From a virus (taxonomy: Duplodnaviria; Caudoviricetes), in IMG/VR virus record IMGVR_UViG_3300014204_000014, positions 12,851-76,850 of that record: a DNA stretch of 64,000 nucleotides. One strand, given 5' to 3'. Below the pieces are notes generated by a model. The model was not told where the DNA came from. It made no database searches and saw only the letters and a program-made list of their open reading frames with translations. The number at the start of each line of letters is the position of its first letter. Position 1 is the first letter of the stretch. Shown in pieces: positions 1 to 9,886 of this stretch. The translations under genes were made by a program, and so were the position numbers.

Positions 1-389
1 ATAATAAAATATACGTGATTTGGGCAATCTTCCAAAGGCTTTAAAAGTGCATTAGAAAAATCTGCTGTCCAGCGATGTGCCTCATCAAGTATATAAACTA
101 TACAATTCCCATTCATAGGAAGCAAACGAATTGATTGAGTAATTTCCCTAGCAGTATCTATACCTCGACTATTAGCAGAATTTATTTCCCTAATATCCAT
201 TTCATCAGCGCCTAATTCTTTAGCGATTATTCTAGCAGTTGTAGTTTTGCCAGTACCAGGAGGACCAGAGAATAAATAGGTATGAGAATGACTATCCTTT
301 TTTAGCATCCTCTGAAGTGTATTTATTGAGGATTCATTCCCAATCATTTCATCAAATGATTGTGGACGATACTTCTGATATAATCCCAT
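1..389 (-). CDS. dnaX: Clamp-loader AAA+ ATPase, DNA polymerase III gamma/tau-like (runs off window start)
   Basis: Not in ORF track; manual translation MGLYQKYRPQSFDEMIGNE...YLFSGPPGTGKTTTARIIA...EINSANSRGID...YILDEAH...NALLKPLED matches DnaX/RFC motifs (KYRP, Walker A, DEAH). ATG abuts the TAA of the upstream ORF. Confidence 0.9.
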   Translation of the reverse strand, partial: MGLYQKYRPQSFDEMIGNESSINTLQRMLKKDSHSHTYLFSGPPGTGKTTTARIIAKELGADEMDIREINSANSRGIDTAREITQSIRLLPMNGNCIVYILDEAHRWTADFSNALLKPLEDCPNHVYFI

Positions 390-800
390 TTACCACGACC
401 TATGTTTTTCTTCTACTGTTTCCATTCCATCATATTCTGAAATTGTCCAATCTGTTCCATCAGGAATTTCTACAATTTCTAGATCAGCAAAACAATCATT
501 AGCCTCTTTGCCTAATTCCTCAATAACTTTAATTAGATTTTTATCATCTCTAGAAATATCTCTATAGCTGAAATAGACTGATTCTTCCCCTTTCGGAAAT
601 TTTTTTAAATTCGGCTTTGTCAAATATATTGTGAATAAACCACTATCTTCAAATACTTGCTTGCACGTATTGGATTCAAAACTATTCATATCTTTATTAA
701 CATAAGCATAAATCTTCTTTCCAATTAATTCTCCATAACGCATTACTGCTTTATATGAAAGGCCAAACCCACCAAAGCATCTATTTACTACTATTTTCAT
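390..800 (-). CDS. Hypothetical phage protein
   Basis: 136 aa ORF with GGAG RBS and AGTATATAATATA promoter motif upstream; N-terminus MKIVVNRCFGGFGLS. Confidence 0.7.
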   Translation of the reverse strand: MKIVVNRCFGGFGLSYKAVMRYGELIGKKIYAYVNKDMNSFESNTCKQVFEDSGLFTIYLTKPNLKKFPKGEESVYFSYRDISRDDKNLIKVIEELGKEANDCFADLEIVEIPDGTDWTISEYDGMETVEEKHRSW

Positions 801-995
801 TTGTATCTCCTTATCTATATTATATACTTTACTTTGATTTATTTTCGATTATTCCTAATAATGTTTCATTTTCTTTAATCAATAATCCTAATAATTCTAA
901 TACTATTTTAATATGATTTGCTTCGGCTTTACTTCTCCTAGAGCTTCCAGCACAAGCTTCTAGCCATTTAATTGATTCTAAATATTGCCCTTGAA

Positions 996-1385
996 TTAAC
1001 ATATTTTACCATGCTTATATTCTCTAAATTCATTAAACCACATTTTTAGCTGGATATGCTTTTCTATATTTATTCCCATAAATCCGCACAAATCTAATAG
1101 TCTAATAATACAATCAGCAATCTCATCTTCAAAAGAGTCCTTAATTAAATCAGCAAATAAATCAACTTCAGTGGGACCAATAATTTTGTCTAATGCAATA
1201 TCATTACAGCTATCATCAAAAACTTTCATATTAGCATAATGATTTTTTCTATATGCTTCTGCCGCTTCACCTAATTCTGTAGCGATCAGCATTAGCTTTA
1301 CTAATACATGATTATCTTTTTCATCAGAATAAAATCCATGATTAACTGCATTCTTGTGAATCTTGTCTCGTAGTTCATTTAGCAT
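996..1385 (-). CDS. MazG-like nucleotide pyrophosphohydrolase
   Basis: LMLIATELGEAAEAYRK and EDEIADCIIRLLDL are the EXXE / EXXD acidic helices of the all-alpha NTP-PPase family. Confidence 0.8.
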   Translation of the reverse strand: MLNELRDKIHKNAVNHGFYSDEKDNHVLVKLMLIATELGEAAEAYRKNHYANMKVFDDSCNDIALDKIIGPTEVDLFADLIKDSFEDEIADCIIRLLDLCGFMGINIEKHIQLKMWFNEFREYKHGKIC

Positions 1386-1399
1386 TTTGTTTGCTCCTT

Positions 1400-2278
1400 T
1401 TATTTATAATCTTTCCATTCTACTGTTTTGAAAATAGCTTTATGATTAACCCATCTTGCAAACCTACTTGCTTGTTTATCTATTTTATTATTTTCAAAAT
1501 CTCTATAAGGCTGAGCAAATGGATCTAATTTTAATTTTTTACAAAACATTACTCTTTCATAAGCATCAGGAATATCCTTTACTAAAACATATACAAAATA
1601 ACTTTGAGGCTTACATCCATATTTTCTTAAAAGACTAGTAGCTTTTTCTATTGATTCCATTTGTGATTTTTGATCACAAGCCATTCGTAACGATTTCAAC
1701 CACTTTACTTTAGAAAGTAATTTTGCAATATCTTTATTTTCTGCAATTATTCTAGCATCTAATCCTTGATTAAAGTCAACTTTTATTTTCATATCAATTA
1801 TTTTTTCTATTTGTTTTAGTCCATAATCAGATGCTAAAACATTATTATCCATAAGAACTGCTGATTTTTTATCTCCAATAAATTCACTAATATCTGAAGC
1901 TGGTTTTAATTTTCCTTCTTTTATTGGGACTATACACCAAGGACATTTTCTAATACATCCTCTAGTTAAAAACCCATAGGCGTGCTCACAATTATATAAA
2001 TTATAATCTGGTAGAATATGCTCTAGTTCATCAGATAAGTTCTCATATAATTTATAACCAATTCCTCCTCTTATTATTTTATTTCCATCATAAAAACCTG
2101 TTATTTTGTCTGGCGTAAAAGTAAAAACTTTTGACTTATAAATAATATCATAATTCCCAAAATTTACAAATGATACTTTATCTCCTTTTTGTTTATGATA
2201 TGCTGATATTTTCATTAATGCTAAATTAGGATAATTTTTTCCATCAATATCAATTAAACCAATATTCATTGAATACAT
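1400..2278 (-). CDS. Radical SAM protein (phage type)
   Basis: TRGCIRKCPWCIV = CxxxCxxC; N-terminal PNLALMKISAYHK; MDNN and DFNQGLDAR motifs. Confidence 0.85.
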   Translation of the reverse strand: MYSMNIGLIDIDGKNYPNLALMKISAYHKQKGDKVSFVNFGNYDIIYKSKVFTFTPDKITGFYDGNKIIRGGIGYKLYENLSDELEHILPDYNLYNCEHAYGFLTRGCIRKCPWCIVPIKEGKLKPASDISEFIGDKKSAVLMDNNVLASDYGLKQIEKIIDMKIKVDFNQGLDARIIAENKDIAKLLSKVKWLKSLRMACDQKSQMESIEKATSLLRKYGCKPQSYFVYVLVKDIPDAYERVMFCKKLKLDPFAQPYRDFENNKIDKQASRFARWVNHKAIFKTVEWKDYK

Positions 2279-2523
2279 GGTTTTTCTGGAATAATAATTC
2301 CTTCAGTATCTTCTCTAGGCATCCACCAAGTTACATCATTACTTAAAAATCCACTCCTGCCATAAAATATATTTGATGAATATGTCCCATAAGGCATAAG
2401 ATATAGACAAGAAACATCCTCTTTAAAATAAAATCCATAAAATACTTTATTGTGAAAGTAATAATAAACAGGTTCATCATCGTAAGGCTTTTCATCATGG
2501 ATATTGATCCATTTATTTGCCAT
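2266..2523 (-). CDS. Small hypothetical protein (DUF551-like)
   Basis: WINIHDEKP ... VTWWMPRE pattern typical of DUF551-like phage proteins. Confidence 0.5.
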   Translation of the reverse strand: MANKWINIHDEKPYDDEPVYYYFHNKVFYGFYFKEDVSCLYLMPYGTYSSNIFYGRSGFLSNDVTWWMPREDTEGIIIPEKPCIQ

Positions 2524-5116
2524 TTAATATTCCTATCGTATTCATTTCTGCCCAAGAGCCATTTATTTCTGATACGCTTTTCTCTATCGCTAAAGGTACG
2601 ATCAGCCAATCCCAATGCTTTCTAATTTTTTGTGTTCCATAATTCCAAATAATATAGTCCAATTCATCTTCCTCTTCGGGTGGAAAATCAGGATAAATGC
2701 TATCATGCACTTGTCCATCTATTATAGTTTTCATATTGCGCTTTTCTAATTCTTTTTGTACTTGAGTCAATGTCCATAATAAACAATGAAAAGCCGGCCC
2801 TTGTACTTGGTAATTTAATATCTGGTTATGACTCATTGGAGCTTGGTATCTAAATCCATTTAAAGTATCTACATAACCATTTTTTTCATATTCCTTTACG
2901 GTTTTTTCTTTCCAATCATACCCTACATGAAATTCGTTCCAAAATTCATTCTCTACTTTTTGCACATGATTAGTATAATCTTCTACGGTTTTTATTCCTT
3001 GCTCTTTTAAATAATTCCTAGTTTCTCTTTCACAATTATTCCATAATTCTACAGAAGTCTTTTTATACCACGATCCATAAAAAGTAGGGAATATAAAACT
3101 ATTTTTTGTTACATAACGGACATTTTTAGATATACCAACGTTTTTCATTACTTCACTAACCGGCATTAAATATAGTTTTGAAGCGAATCCTCTATGTGGG
3201 TCTTTTCCTGATTCTATGTACTTAATTAAATTCGGGTCTTTATTACAACAAGCTATTATTTTTACTTCCATCGCACCATAGTCATATTCGCCTAATTTAT
3301 TTCCTTTTCGTGGTCCTAACAATTTTCTTAATAGTTTTGCTACTTCTTCATCATGCTTAGGAATATTTTGAAAATTAGGTGAATCAGAACTAGAACGGAA
3401 AGTATCGACCATATTTAAATTGTATAGTGCGCGAATTACTCCTGATATATTTTCCTTTTCAAATCCCTTTAAATATGTATTATAAACCTTTTGCCATTTT
3501 CGCCATTCTAGACAATCTTTAACTATTGGTAATTTATATTTTCTTAATGCTTCAATATCCGACTTCGCTCGACCCGTAGCAGTTTTATCCTTTATTGAAT
3601 ACTTCATTATATCAAATAATAAATGTGTAATATCAGCAGGAGCGCTCACTCTAAATTGCTTTTCTTTATCCCATTTTTTCAATTCAGAATAAGCCAATAT
3701 TTTCTTCTCAATAGAATTTAATTTTGTAGTTAAATTTGTATCTTCCTTTTTTGCTAACTTCTCATTAAAAACAATTCCATTTTGTTCTAGCTTAGATAAA
3801 GCCATTGATCCTTTAGTAAAAAATCTAACTCCCTTTTGTAATTTAGGTTCAAGTTTAGCTAACTGATCTTCATATAATTTATATGTTAGTAAAGAATCTA
3901 AAGCATTATATTTTAGTATTTTATCTAATGGAGCTTTTTCAATACTGTTAAAAGCATTAGCTCCATACAATTCTTCTTCCTTTGATGATGGCTCTAAATA
4001 CTGTTCTATTTCAGAATCATAACCTAAAATACCAAAATGAATATAAGCATAAAACTTCAATCCTGTTCTTTTATTATTGTATAATGAATGCCCACCTAGC
4101 ATTGTATCCCAATATAAATTATTTATTTCCAAGCCCCCAGAATCATCATACCCGCCGCGAACTAATCCCCACATATTTTCAAACTTTCCATTATGACATA
4201 TTTTCTTTATATCAGAATTAAGCAACCTTAACCATTTTTGCCTAAACTTTTTATCATTAAAGTAAGGGAATGAATAACTGACTAATCCATCTGATATAGA
4301 TAAACTATATATTTTATGCCCTTCTCGATGTGGCTTTTTTCCTGTAGTCTCATAATCAAATGCTATTATTTCCTTTGTAGAAAAATCTTCAATTATTTTT
4401 ATTGCTTCTAAACTATCATAAATAGGTATACAATCAGATAAATAATTTGATACATAAAAAGACTTATTAGATATTTCTATGGCGTTTTTTATTGATTGCT
4501 TTAATTGGTTTCGTAAAACTACATCTTCACTTTCATAATTTCCTTGGCGTAAAATATATGAAGGATGCCATGTAGGAATGATAAACTTTTCTAATTCTTG
4601 ATCAGGAATAATTGTATTAGCCCAATCAGTCATTGAGCATCCAGTTATTCTACCTTGAAGCCTATGGCCAATTATTCCATCAATAGCAGTTTTTCCTAAT
4701 GCTAGAATTACTTTGCAATTACTACTTTTTATATCATCTAAAAGATATTTTCTACAAGCACTTATTTGAATTCCTGTGGGGGTTTTATTATCTGTAGGAT
4801 GACATCTAACAGCATTTGTTTTAAAAAAATCTTCATCTAAATCATAACTCAATTCTTTAATAATTTTTCTTAATAATTTTCCTGACTTTCCTACAAATTG
4901 AGTATTTTCTTCATCCTCAGTTTCACCTGGAACCTCTCCAATAATCAGTATATTTAACTTACCTTCACCTGACATAACCATTTTAGGAGAATTACATTTA
5001 TTAGATAGTCCACACTTTAAACAATTAAATACAGGGGCTTTTTTTACATGATTTTTTATTTGCTCATCACCGCGAGTAATAGAAGTTTCCTCTTGAGAGA
5101 AAAAACCTTTATTCAT
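2513..5116 (-). CDS. polA: Family A DNA polymerase with N-terminal family-4 uracil-DNA glycosylase-like domain and 3'-5' exonuclease (SPO1-type architecture)
   Basis: UDG4: CLKCGLSNKC, IIGEVPGETED..FVGKSG, RCHP, TWHPSY; exonuclease AFDYETTG; polymerase RSSSDSPNFQNIP, motif A EYDYGAMEVKI, motif B RYVTKNSFIFPTFYG, motif C QVHDSI. Confidence 0.95.
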   Translation of the reverse strand: MNKGFFSQEETSITRGDEQIKNHVKKAPVFNCLKCGLSNKCNSPKMVMSGEGKLNILIIGEVPGETEDEENTQFVGKSGKLLRKIIKELSYDLDEDFFKTNAVRCHPTDNKTPTGIQISACRKYLLDDIKSSNCKVILALGKTAIDGIIGHRLQGRITGCSMTDWANTIIPDQELEKFIIPTWHPSYILRQGNYESEDVVLRNQLKQSIKNAIEISNKSFYVSNYLSDCIPIYDSLEAIKIIEDFSTKEIIAFDYETTGKKPHREGHKIYSLSISDGLVSYSFPYFNDKKFRQKWLRLLNSDIKKICHNGKFENMWGLVRGGYDDSGGLEINNLYWDTMLGGHSLYNNKRTGLKFYAYIHFGILGYDSEIEQYLEPSSKEEELYGANAFNSIEKAPLDKILKYNALDSLLTYKLYEDQLAKLEPKLQKGVRFFTKGSMALSKLEQNGIVFNEKLAKKEDTNLTTKLNSIEKKILAYSELKKWDKEKQFRVSAPADITHLLFDIMKYSIKDKTATGRAKSDIEALRKYKLPIVKDCLEWRKWQKVYNTYLKGFEKENISGVIRALYNLNMVDTFRSSSDSPNFQNIPKHDEEVAKLLRKLLGPRKGNKLGEYDYGAMEVKIIACCNKDPNLIKYIESGKDPHRGFASKLYLMPVSEVMKNVGISKNVRYVTKNSFIFPTFYGSWYKKTSVELWNNCERETRNYLKEQGIKTVEDYTNHVQKVENEFWNEFHVGYDWKEKTVKEYEKNGYVDTLNGFRYQAPMSHNQILNYQVQGPAFHCLLWTLTQVQKELEKRNMKTIIDGQVHDSIYPDFPPEEEDELDYIIWNYGTQKIRKHWDWLIVPLAIEKSVSEINGSWAEMNTIGILNGK

Positions 5117-6107
5117 TTATTTTCTTTATTATTTTCTTCAAATCTACACCATCCTTGACTAAGTATGATAAATGCTGCTGCTGCCACTGAAGGAACTTGT
5201 CCATTTCCAATGGCTGCAATGCGGTCCACGCGATTGGCCACCCCATCAGCCACTCTACCCAATCCGGATTCAGTTTCCCACCATTGCTTTCCGTTAATAT
5301 TATTGTACTTAGCATTATTTCGTGGTTCTGATTTTTTATATATCCCCGTGCCGTTTCTAGTTTGCTGTTCATAAAGTCCTTGTCTAATTTTCTCGGAGTT
5401 AGAAATATCCGTGTTCCTAACATCTGTTCCGCTTCTTTTTGATTGATTTCTCCATTTATTATTTTTTGTTGCATCATCCAACGTGAGCCCTCGCCCCCTA
5501 GAATTCCTGATTTGCGTGCTGTTGGATACATCCTTACATAACGGTCTAATGTCATTTGACTTTTGCCTTTGCGAACTAGATTCAATGTATGTTCTGATTT
5601 TCCTGCTTCGCTTTTCATTGGAGTTGGCAAGAATCCAGATACGGTCCCTTCTATGTGGCGCTCCAACATCGCAAGCTCCCAGCACTCCCCATCTAGCATC
5701 ATACCCCATCTTGGCCAAGTCTCCAAGGACTGTTCCGAGTCCTCGAATAGTGAGAAGTGGTGAGTTTTCTGCAAGAACCCATTTAGGTTTAACTTCGCAA
5801 ATGATCCGGGCCATTTCTTTCCAAAGCCCAGAGCGTTCGCCTTCCAATCCAGCTCCCTTTCCTGCTGAGGAAATGTCTTGACAAGGGAATCCGCCGGTAA
5901 TAATATCCACTCTTCCTTTCCACGGTTTACCATCAAATGTTGTAATATCATCCCATATAGGGAATCTTGGTAATATTCCGTCTCTTTGTCTTTGTAATAA
6001 GATTTCAATACAATATTTTTCGATTTCGACGGCGCAAACTGTTTTCCATCCCAGTAAAGCCCCTCCGAGGATTCCGCCGCCTGCCCCACTAAATAATGAA
6101 AGCTCAC
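5109..6107 (-). CDS. Overprinted alternative-frame ORF; putative beta chain of the C5 methyltransferase (motif IX-like)
   Basis: 332 codons without a stop in the adjacent frame of the same strand; contains FLPTP / MYPTA / FLTP repeats and GGKLNPDWVEWLMGWP. Confidence 0.7.
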   Translation of the reverse strand: MSFHYLVGQAAESSEGLYWDGKQFAPSKSKNIVLKSYYKDKETEYYQDSLYGMILQHLMVNRGKEEWILLPADSLVKTFPQQERELDWKANALGFGKKWPGSFAKLNLNGFLQKTHHFSLFEDSEQSLETWPRWGMMLDGECWELAMLERHIEGTVSGFLPTPMKSEAGKSEHTLNLVRKGKSQMTLDRYVRMYPTARKSGILGGEGSRWMMQQKIINGEINQKEAEQMLGTRIFLTPRKLDKDFMNSKLETARGYIKNQNHEIMLSTIILTESNGGKLNPDWVEWLMGWPIAWTALQPLEMDKFLQWQQQHLSYLVKDGVDLKKIIKKINE

Positions 6108-6123
6108 GCATCATTTCCTTCAA
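5113..6123 (-). CDS. C5-cytosine DNA methyltransferase, alpha-type chain (motifs I-VIII and X)
   Basis: LSLFSGAGG (I), TGGFPCQD (IV), ENSP (VI), RRDRIW (VIII), AIGNGQVP (X); no recognisable motif IX in this frame. Confidence 0.9.
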   Translation of the reverse strand: MKEMMRELSLFSGAGGGILGGALLGWKTVCAVEIEKYCIEILLQRQRDGILPRFPIWDDITTFDGKPWKGRVDIITGGFPCQDISSAGKGAGLEGERSGLWKEMARIICEVKPKWVLAENSPLLTIRGLGTVLGDLAKMGYDARWGVLGACDVGAPHRRDRIWILANSNEKRSRKIRTYIESSSQRQKSNDIRPLCKDVSNSTQIRNSRGRGLTLDDATKNNKWRNQSKRSGTDVRNTDISNSEKIRQGLYEQQTRNGTGIYKKSEPRNNAKYNNINGKQWWETESGLGRVADGVANRVDRIAAIGNGQVPSVAAAAFIILSQGWCRFEENNKENK

Positions 6124-7174
6124 ATGTATTTACTACTTGCAATCCATTAGTATGGACAAAAATAATCTTTGAAGCCTTACCTTCCTCTTGCTTCAAATAA
6201 AAGCTATCGCTATTCGCTATACCCTGCTCGATGAAACTATAATCTACCAAAATAGTAATTTCAGGAATATTCTTTATAGGTTTATCCCATGAAACTTTTT
6301 CTGTATACTTTCCCGTAGGACGTTCACTATATACTTCAATATATTCATTAGTAAAAGTTAATTTTATTGAATTGAAGCTTTCAATATTCATAGCCAATGC
6401 TGATGCACGATTTATTGCTTCTGATAATCCTTTAGGCAAAATACCTTTTATATCTCCCTTAGCAAAAACATTATCATTTATTACTTTTTCAATCTTATTA
6501 TAAGGATACATATCATTTTGCAGTCTCTTACAAGAAAACATAGTTTTACTTTTTGATAAAAAATGTACCCATGAAGCGTCTACAAAATACTTTTCTACTT
6601 CATTTAGTTTCAATAGTTCCATAGCGGAATTATCAGAAATCCAAAACGTTCCATTTATTGAAGTATCTAAAATATACTTGCTAATTCTACTTTCATCAGT
6701 GGAAACAATAATATCATCGGAACAATAAATGCCTGATAAGCTGGATTTGTTAGAAGTGAATAAACATAGTTTTATTCCATCAAAAAATCTCTCAGGAAGT
6801 TTTGACCACTTTGGCTTTTCTGGTTTTATCTTGCTGATATAATCCATTATTGAAGATTCAATCAAAGTCAATTCTGCCCTGCTTGACTCATTTTTGATAA
6901 TCCACTTATTATCTTTTTGAATAATTTTTATTGCATCAGTTTTGAATCTGTTAATAAGATCGAAAAACTCTTTAGCTTTGATAGCTCCTTGAAGTTGACA
7001 CTCTTCATTAAGGCTGGATAATGGAACAGATACTGAAATGTTATCATTATAAGAATGTATAAATCCATCCTTAAAAATGAAAGTATCAGCACCTTCGAGA
7101 ATAGTATTACCAGTTTCAACTCCAGGTAAAGCTTCCTTCATTGCAGAAATTAAATCTCTTCGAGTAATAGTCAT
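6104..7174 (-). CDS. DNA sliding clamp (beta/DnaN-like) 1
   Basis: About 356 aa from the GGAG-preceded ATG at 7174 (MTITRRDLISAMKEALPG); three-domain clamp length; LSGIYC..VSTDESRIS and QNDMYPYNKI resemble DnaN domain II/III motifs; replication gene context. Confidence 0.7.
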   Translation of the reverse strand: MTITRRDLISAMKEALPGVETGNTILEGADTFIFKDGFIHSYNDNISVSVPLSSLNEECQLQGAIKAKEFFDLINRFKTDAIKIIQKDNKWIIKNESSRAELTLIESSIMDYISKIKPEKPKWSKLPERFFDGIKLCLFTSNKSSLSGIYCSDDIIVSTDESRISKYILDTSINGTFWISDNSAMELLKLNEVEKYFVDASWVHFLSKSKTMFSCKRLQNDMYPYNKIEKVINDNVFAKGDIKGILPKGLSEAINRASALAMNIESFNSIKLTFTNEYIEVYSERPTGKYTEKVSWDKPIKNIPEITILVDYSFIEQGIANSDSFYLKQEEGKASKIIFVHTNGLQVVNTFEGNDA

Positions 7175-7184
7175 ACTTTCTCCT

Positions 7185-8273
7185 TTAGTCTTTTTGCATA
7201 GGCATAACAATAGATATACTATTATTTGTGTAAATAAAAGTTACAGCTTTAATCCATTCTGTAAATTGAATTTCTTTCAATGGATACAATGTTAAAGCAT
7301 CATTAAAGTATTTATAATTTATTGCTAAAGTAGTTAATAAAGAAATAAATGGTTTTCTAGGATTTTCTGTAGTATCTTCAATTTTTTCCCAGCCTAATTT
7401 CTCATTAGCTAATCTAGTTTCATCATAAAATCCTATCCATTTCATTTTTCCTATAATTTTACTATCCCATTCAACAGAAACTTCATCATCTTTTTCATGT
7501 TTAATATATATTCTTTCTGAATTGCTTTTACTTTTTAGTAAAACTATTTTTGAATAAATATCCTTCCATGCAGTTAAATCAGGAACACCAATAGTAAATC
7601 TTTGCTTTTCAGGAACTACTTTTTGCCAATTAGGAAACTGGCCTTCGATATTACTAGCACAATAAAACATCATACTGCCTTTATATTCAAATTGGAATAT
7701 TGAAAAAGTTTTATCAATTTTATACTTTATATTTGTACCTTTTTTCAATAGCCATTCTAAGCATTTTGAATTAGGTAGAATTACTGATGGGAAATTATCA
7801 AATCCTTGTGAATAAAATAATCTTCTTCCATCAGTAGAAACTACAAATCCCTTTTCAAAATAAATACCTGCCATAAAATATCTAGTTACATCATCAGTAA
7901 CAAATTTATAAGCATCAGTTATTAGTTGTGCTTGTGAAGCATTTATATTAACCCATTCCCCATTCACTAAATCAATTTCTGCTTGCGGATACTTTTCTAA
8001 ATTAGTTTCATTTGTATTGAACCCATCTAGTTTATCAAATGCTTTGCTTAGTAAATACTCATAAACGCCATTTTCTTCATTACCAGTATAGTCCATAATG
8101 AGGAAGTTTTTTATATTAGAAGCTATTAGTTTGTTATCATTTTTAGCTATGTAAGAGCATATTGATAAACTATTTTTAGATAATTCCATGTGAGAACATA
8201 CACCTAAAAACACTTTTAATGTATCAGTATCTTTTGTTTCTTGTACAATTTCATCATCAAATATATTTTTCAT
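7185..8273 (-). CDS. DNA sliding clamp (beta/DnaN-like) 2
   Basis: DDVTRYFMAGIYFEKGFVVSTDGRRL and IEGQFPNWQKVVP closely follow DnaN R..LNG...VATDGHRL and DG.FPDY..V.P. Confidence 0.75.
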   Translation of the reverse strand: MKNIFDDEIVQETKDTDTLKVFLGVCSHMELSKNSLSICSYIAKNDNKLIASNIKNFLIMDYTGNEENGVYEYLLSKAFDKLDGFNTNETNLEKYPQAEIDLVNGEWVNINASQAQLITDAYKFVTDDVTRYFMAGIYFEKGFVVSTDGRRLFYSQGFDNFPSVILPNSKCLEWLLKKGTNIKYKIDKTFSIFQFEYKGSMMFYCASNIEGQFPNWQKVVPEKQRFTIGVPDLTAWKDIYSKIVLLKSKSNSERIYIKHEKDDEVSVEWDSKIIGKMKWIGFYDETRLANEKLGWEKIEDTTENPRKPFISLLTTLAINYKYFNDALTLYPLKEIQFTEWIKAVTFIYTNNSISIVMPMQKD

Positions 8274-8283
8274 TTTTACTCCT

Positions 8284-9861
8284 TTATTCTATCATCTTAA
8301 TATTTTCGTTTTTAACATATTCAATCGCGCCTACATTCTTATTATATACTTCCCGTCCTTCAAATGATTTTACAACATCCTTTTCCTCTTTATCCATATC
8401 TGAATATTTTTTCTGTCCATAATCTTCAGGAAGCCATTTTTTGTATTTACAAGCAATGATATTAAATCTTCGTAAAGTGCCTTCATTTCTAAATTTCAAA
8501 TGCATAGTACCTTTTTTATATAGGCTAATTACAAAATGAGTGGATACTATATTTCGTGTACTCTCCTTTTCAAATGCTTCATTAATTGCTTCTTCCATTG
8601 AAATAAAATCTTTTTCATACGTAAAATAATTCATTACTAAATCAATATCATTTAATGCTGATTTAAAATCACTGCTTAAACGTAATTCTCCGCGATAACC
8701 ATAAAAAGGATGATCGTATGTTCTATACTGATTATAAGGAATTATTATTTTACTATTAGCATAAAATGATTTGTTTGTTTTCCACCCATTAAAGTAATGT
8801 ATATTAGTTTTACAATCATCATAATAAGCATATTGGCGAGTAAAACTATCAAATAAATCTGCTACAGCTTTATTTAAAATATCTTGATAATTTCCTACTA
8901 GTTTCAATATAAATTCTCTTATATTATTTTCAGTAAAATCCATATCTGATTGTAATTTTATTTGTTCATAAAATTTATCTTTTTCCTTTTTTGTCATACG
9001 TTTTTTTACTTCATCTAAATCCAATACTTTTATCCAATAACTTTTTCTAATATTTGAAATAAAATCATTCATCAAAGCATTTATATTTGACTGATTACTA
9101 CGTGAATATGTTTTTTCATTCGTAGGAGTATCTAAAATAAGATATTCACCAATCAATCTTCTATTGGTGTAAAAGTAAACTATAATTTCCATTCCCTTAT
9201 TTAATAAAGCATTATATTCCTCTACTATAAAAGATACACCATTCCTAGAAGCTACTGACTTTTCTTCATCATCAATTTTTGTATTAACTTGTTTTACTTT
9301 ATCAGTACATTTTTCAAATAAATCATCTTCAATATTTTTATCAACTTTAATATAAACTAATGCAATTTCAACACCTGTTTTTCTTTCAGCATCTATAAAG
9401 GCATTAGATATATATTCAATACTAGCGTTTAATTCATCTAATTTATGCACTAAAGTTTTTCTGATGTTTGTATGAGGATTCTTTATTGTCTCAGCATTAA
9501 GTAAACATACAATTTGCCCTGAATATAAAATATCTATTGCTTTTAGTAAATGCTTATCTCCCTCATCAAAGGGGGGATTCATAATAATTAAATCAAACTT
9601 ATCTAGTCCTGAATAAGATAGAAAATCTGAATCAATTATCTTATATTTTTTACCTTGTAAAATTGAACGCAAATCATATTCTTTTTCAATACACGATATA
9701 TTAAAGTTGCCATTATAACTATATTTATCTTTTATCCAATCTAAAATATCTCCTTTTCCCGCTGATGGTTCTAAAATATTTGAAACATCATTATGATCTA
9801 TTTTTGACCACATCTTAGAGATTAGTTTTTTAGGTGTTGGATAAAATGAATCTAGTAACAA
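8284..9861 (-). CDS. SAM-dependent N6-adenine-type methyltransferase with C-terminal DUF4942-like domain
   Basis: FYPTP, ILEPSAGKGDI (motif I), IIMNPPF (motif IV); C-terminal GWKTNK...YKKGTMHLKF region; TTG start. Confidence 0.8.
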   Translation of the reverse strand: MLLDSFYPTPKKLISKMWSKIDHNDVSNILEPSAGKGDILDWIKDKYSYNGNFNISCIEKEYDLRSILQGKKYKIIDSDFLSYSGLDKFDLIIMNPPFDEGDKHLLKAIDILYSGQIVCLLNAETIKNPHTNIRKTLVHKLDELNASIEYISNAFIDAERKTGVEIALVYIKVDKNIEDDLFEKCTDKVKQVNTKIDDEEKSVASRNGVSFIVEEYNALLNKGMEIIVYFYTNRRLIGEYLILDTPTNEKTYSRSNQSNINALMNDFISNIRKSYWIKVLDLDEVKKRMTKKEKDKFYEQIKLQSDMDFTENNIREFILKLVGNYQDILNKAVADLFDSFTRQYAYYDDCKTNIHYFNGWKTNKSFYANSKIIIPYNQYRTYDHPFYGYRGELRLSSDFKSALNDIDLVMNYFTYEKDFISMEEAINEAFEKESTRNIVSTHFVISLYKKGTMHLKFRNEGTLRRFNIIACKYKKWLPEDYGQKKYSDMDKEEKDVVKSFEGREVYNKNVGAIEYVKNENIKMIE

Positions 9862-9886
9862 ATTATCTCCTTTAATATATTATATA

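Noticed and set aside
5165-5881. Plus-strand ORFs (5165, 5483, 5563) opposite the dual-coded methyltransferase
   Set aside because: No RBS or motifs; expected shadow ORFs of a GC-richer doubly constrained region.
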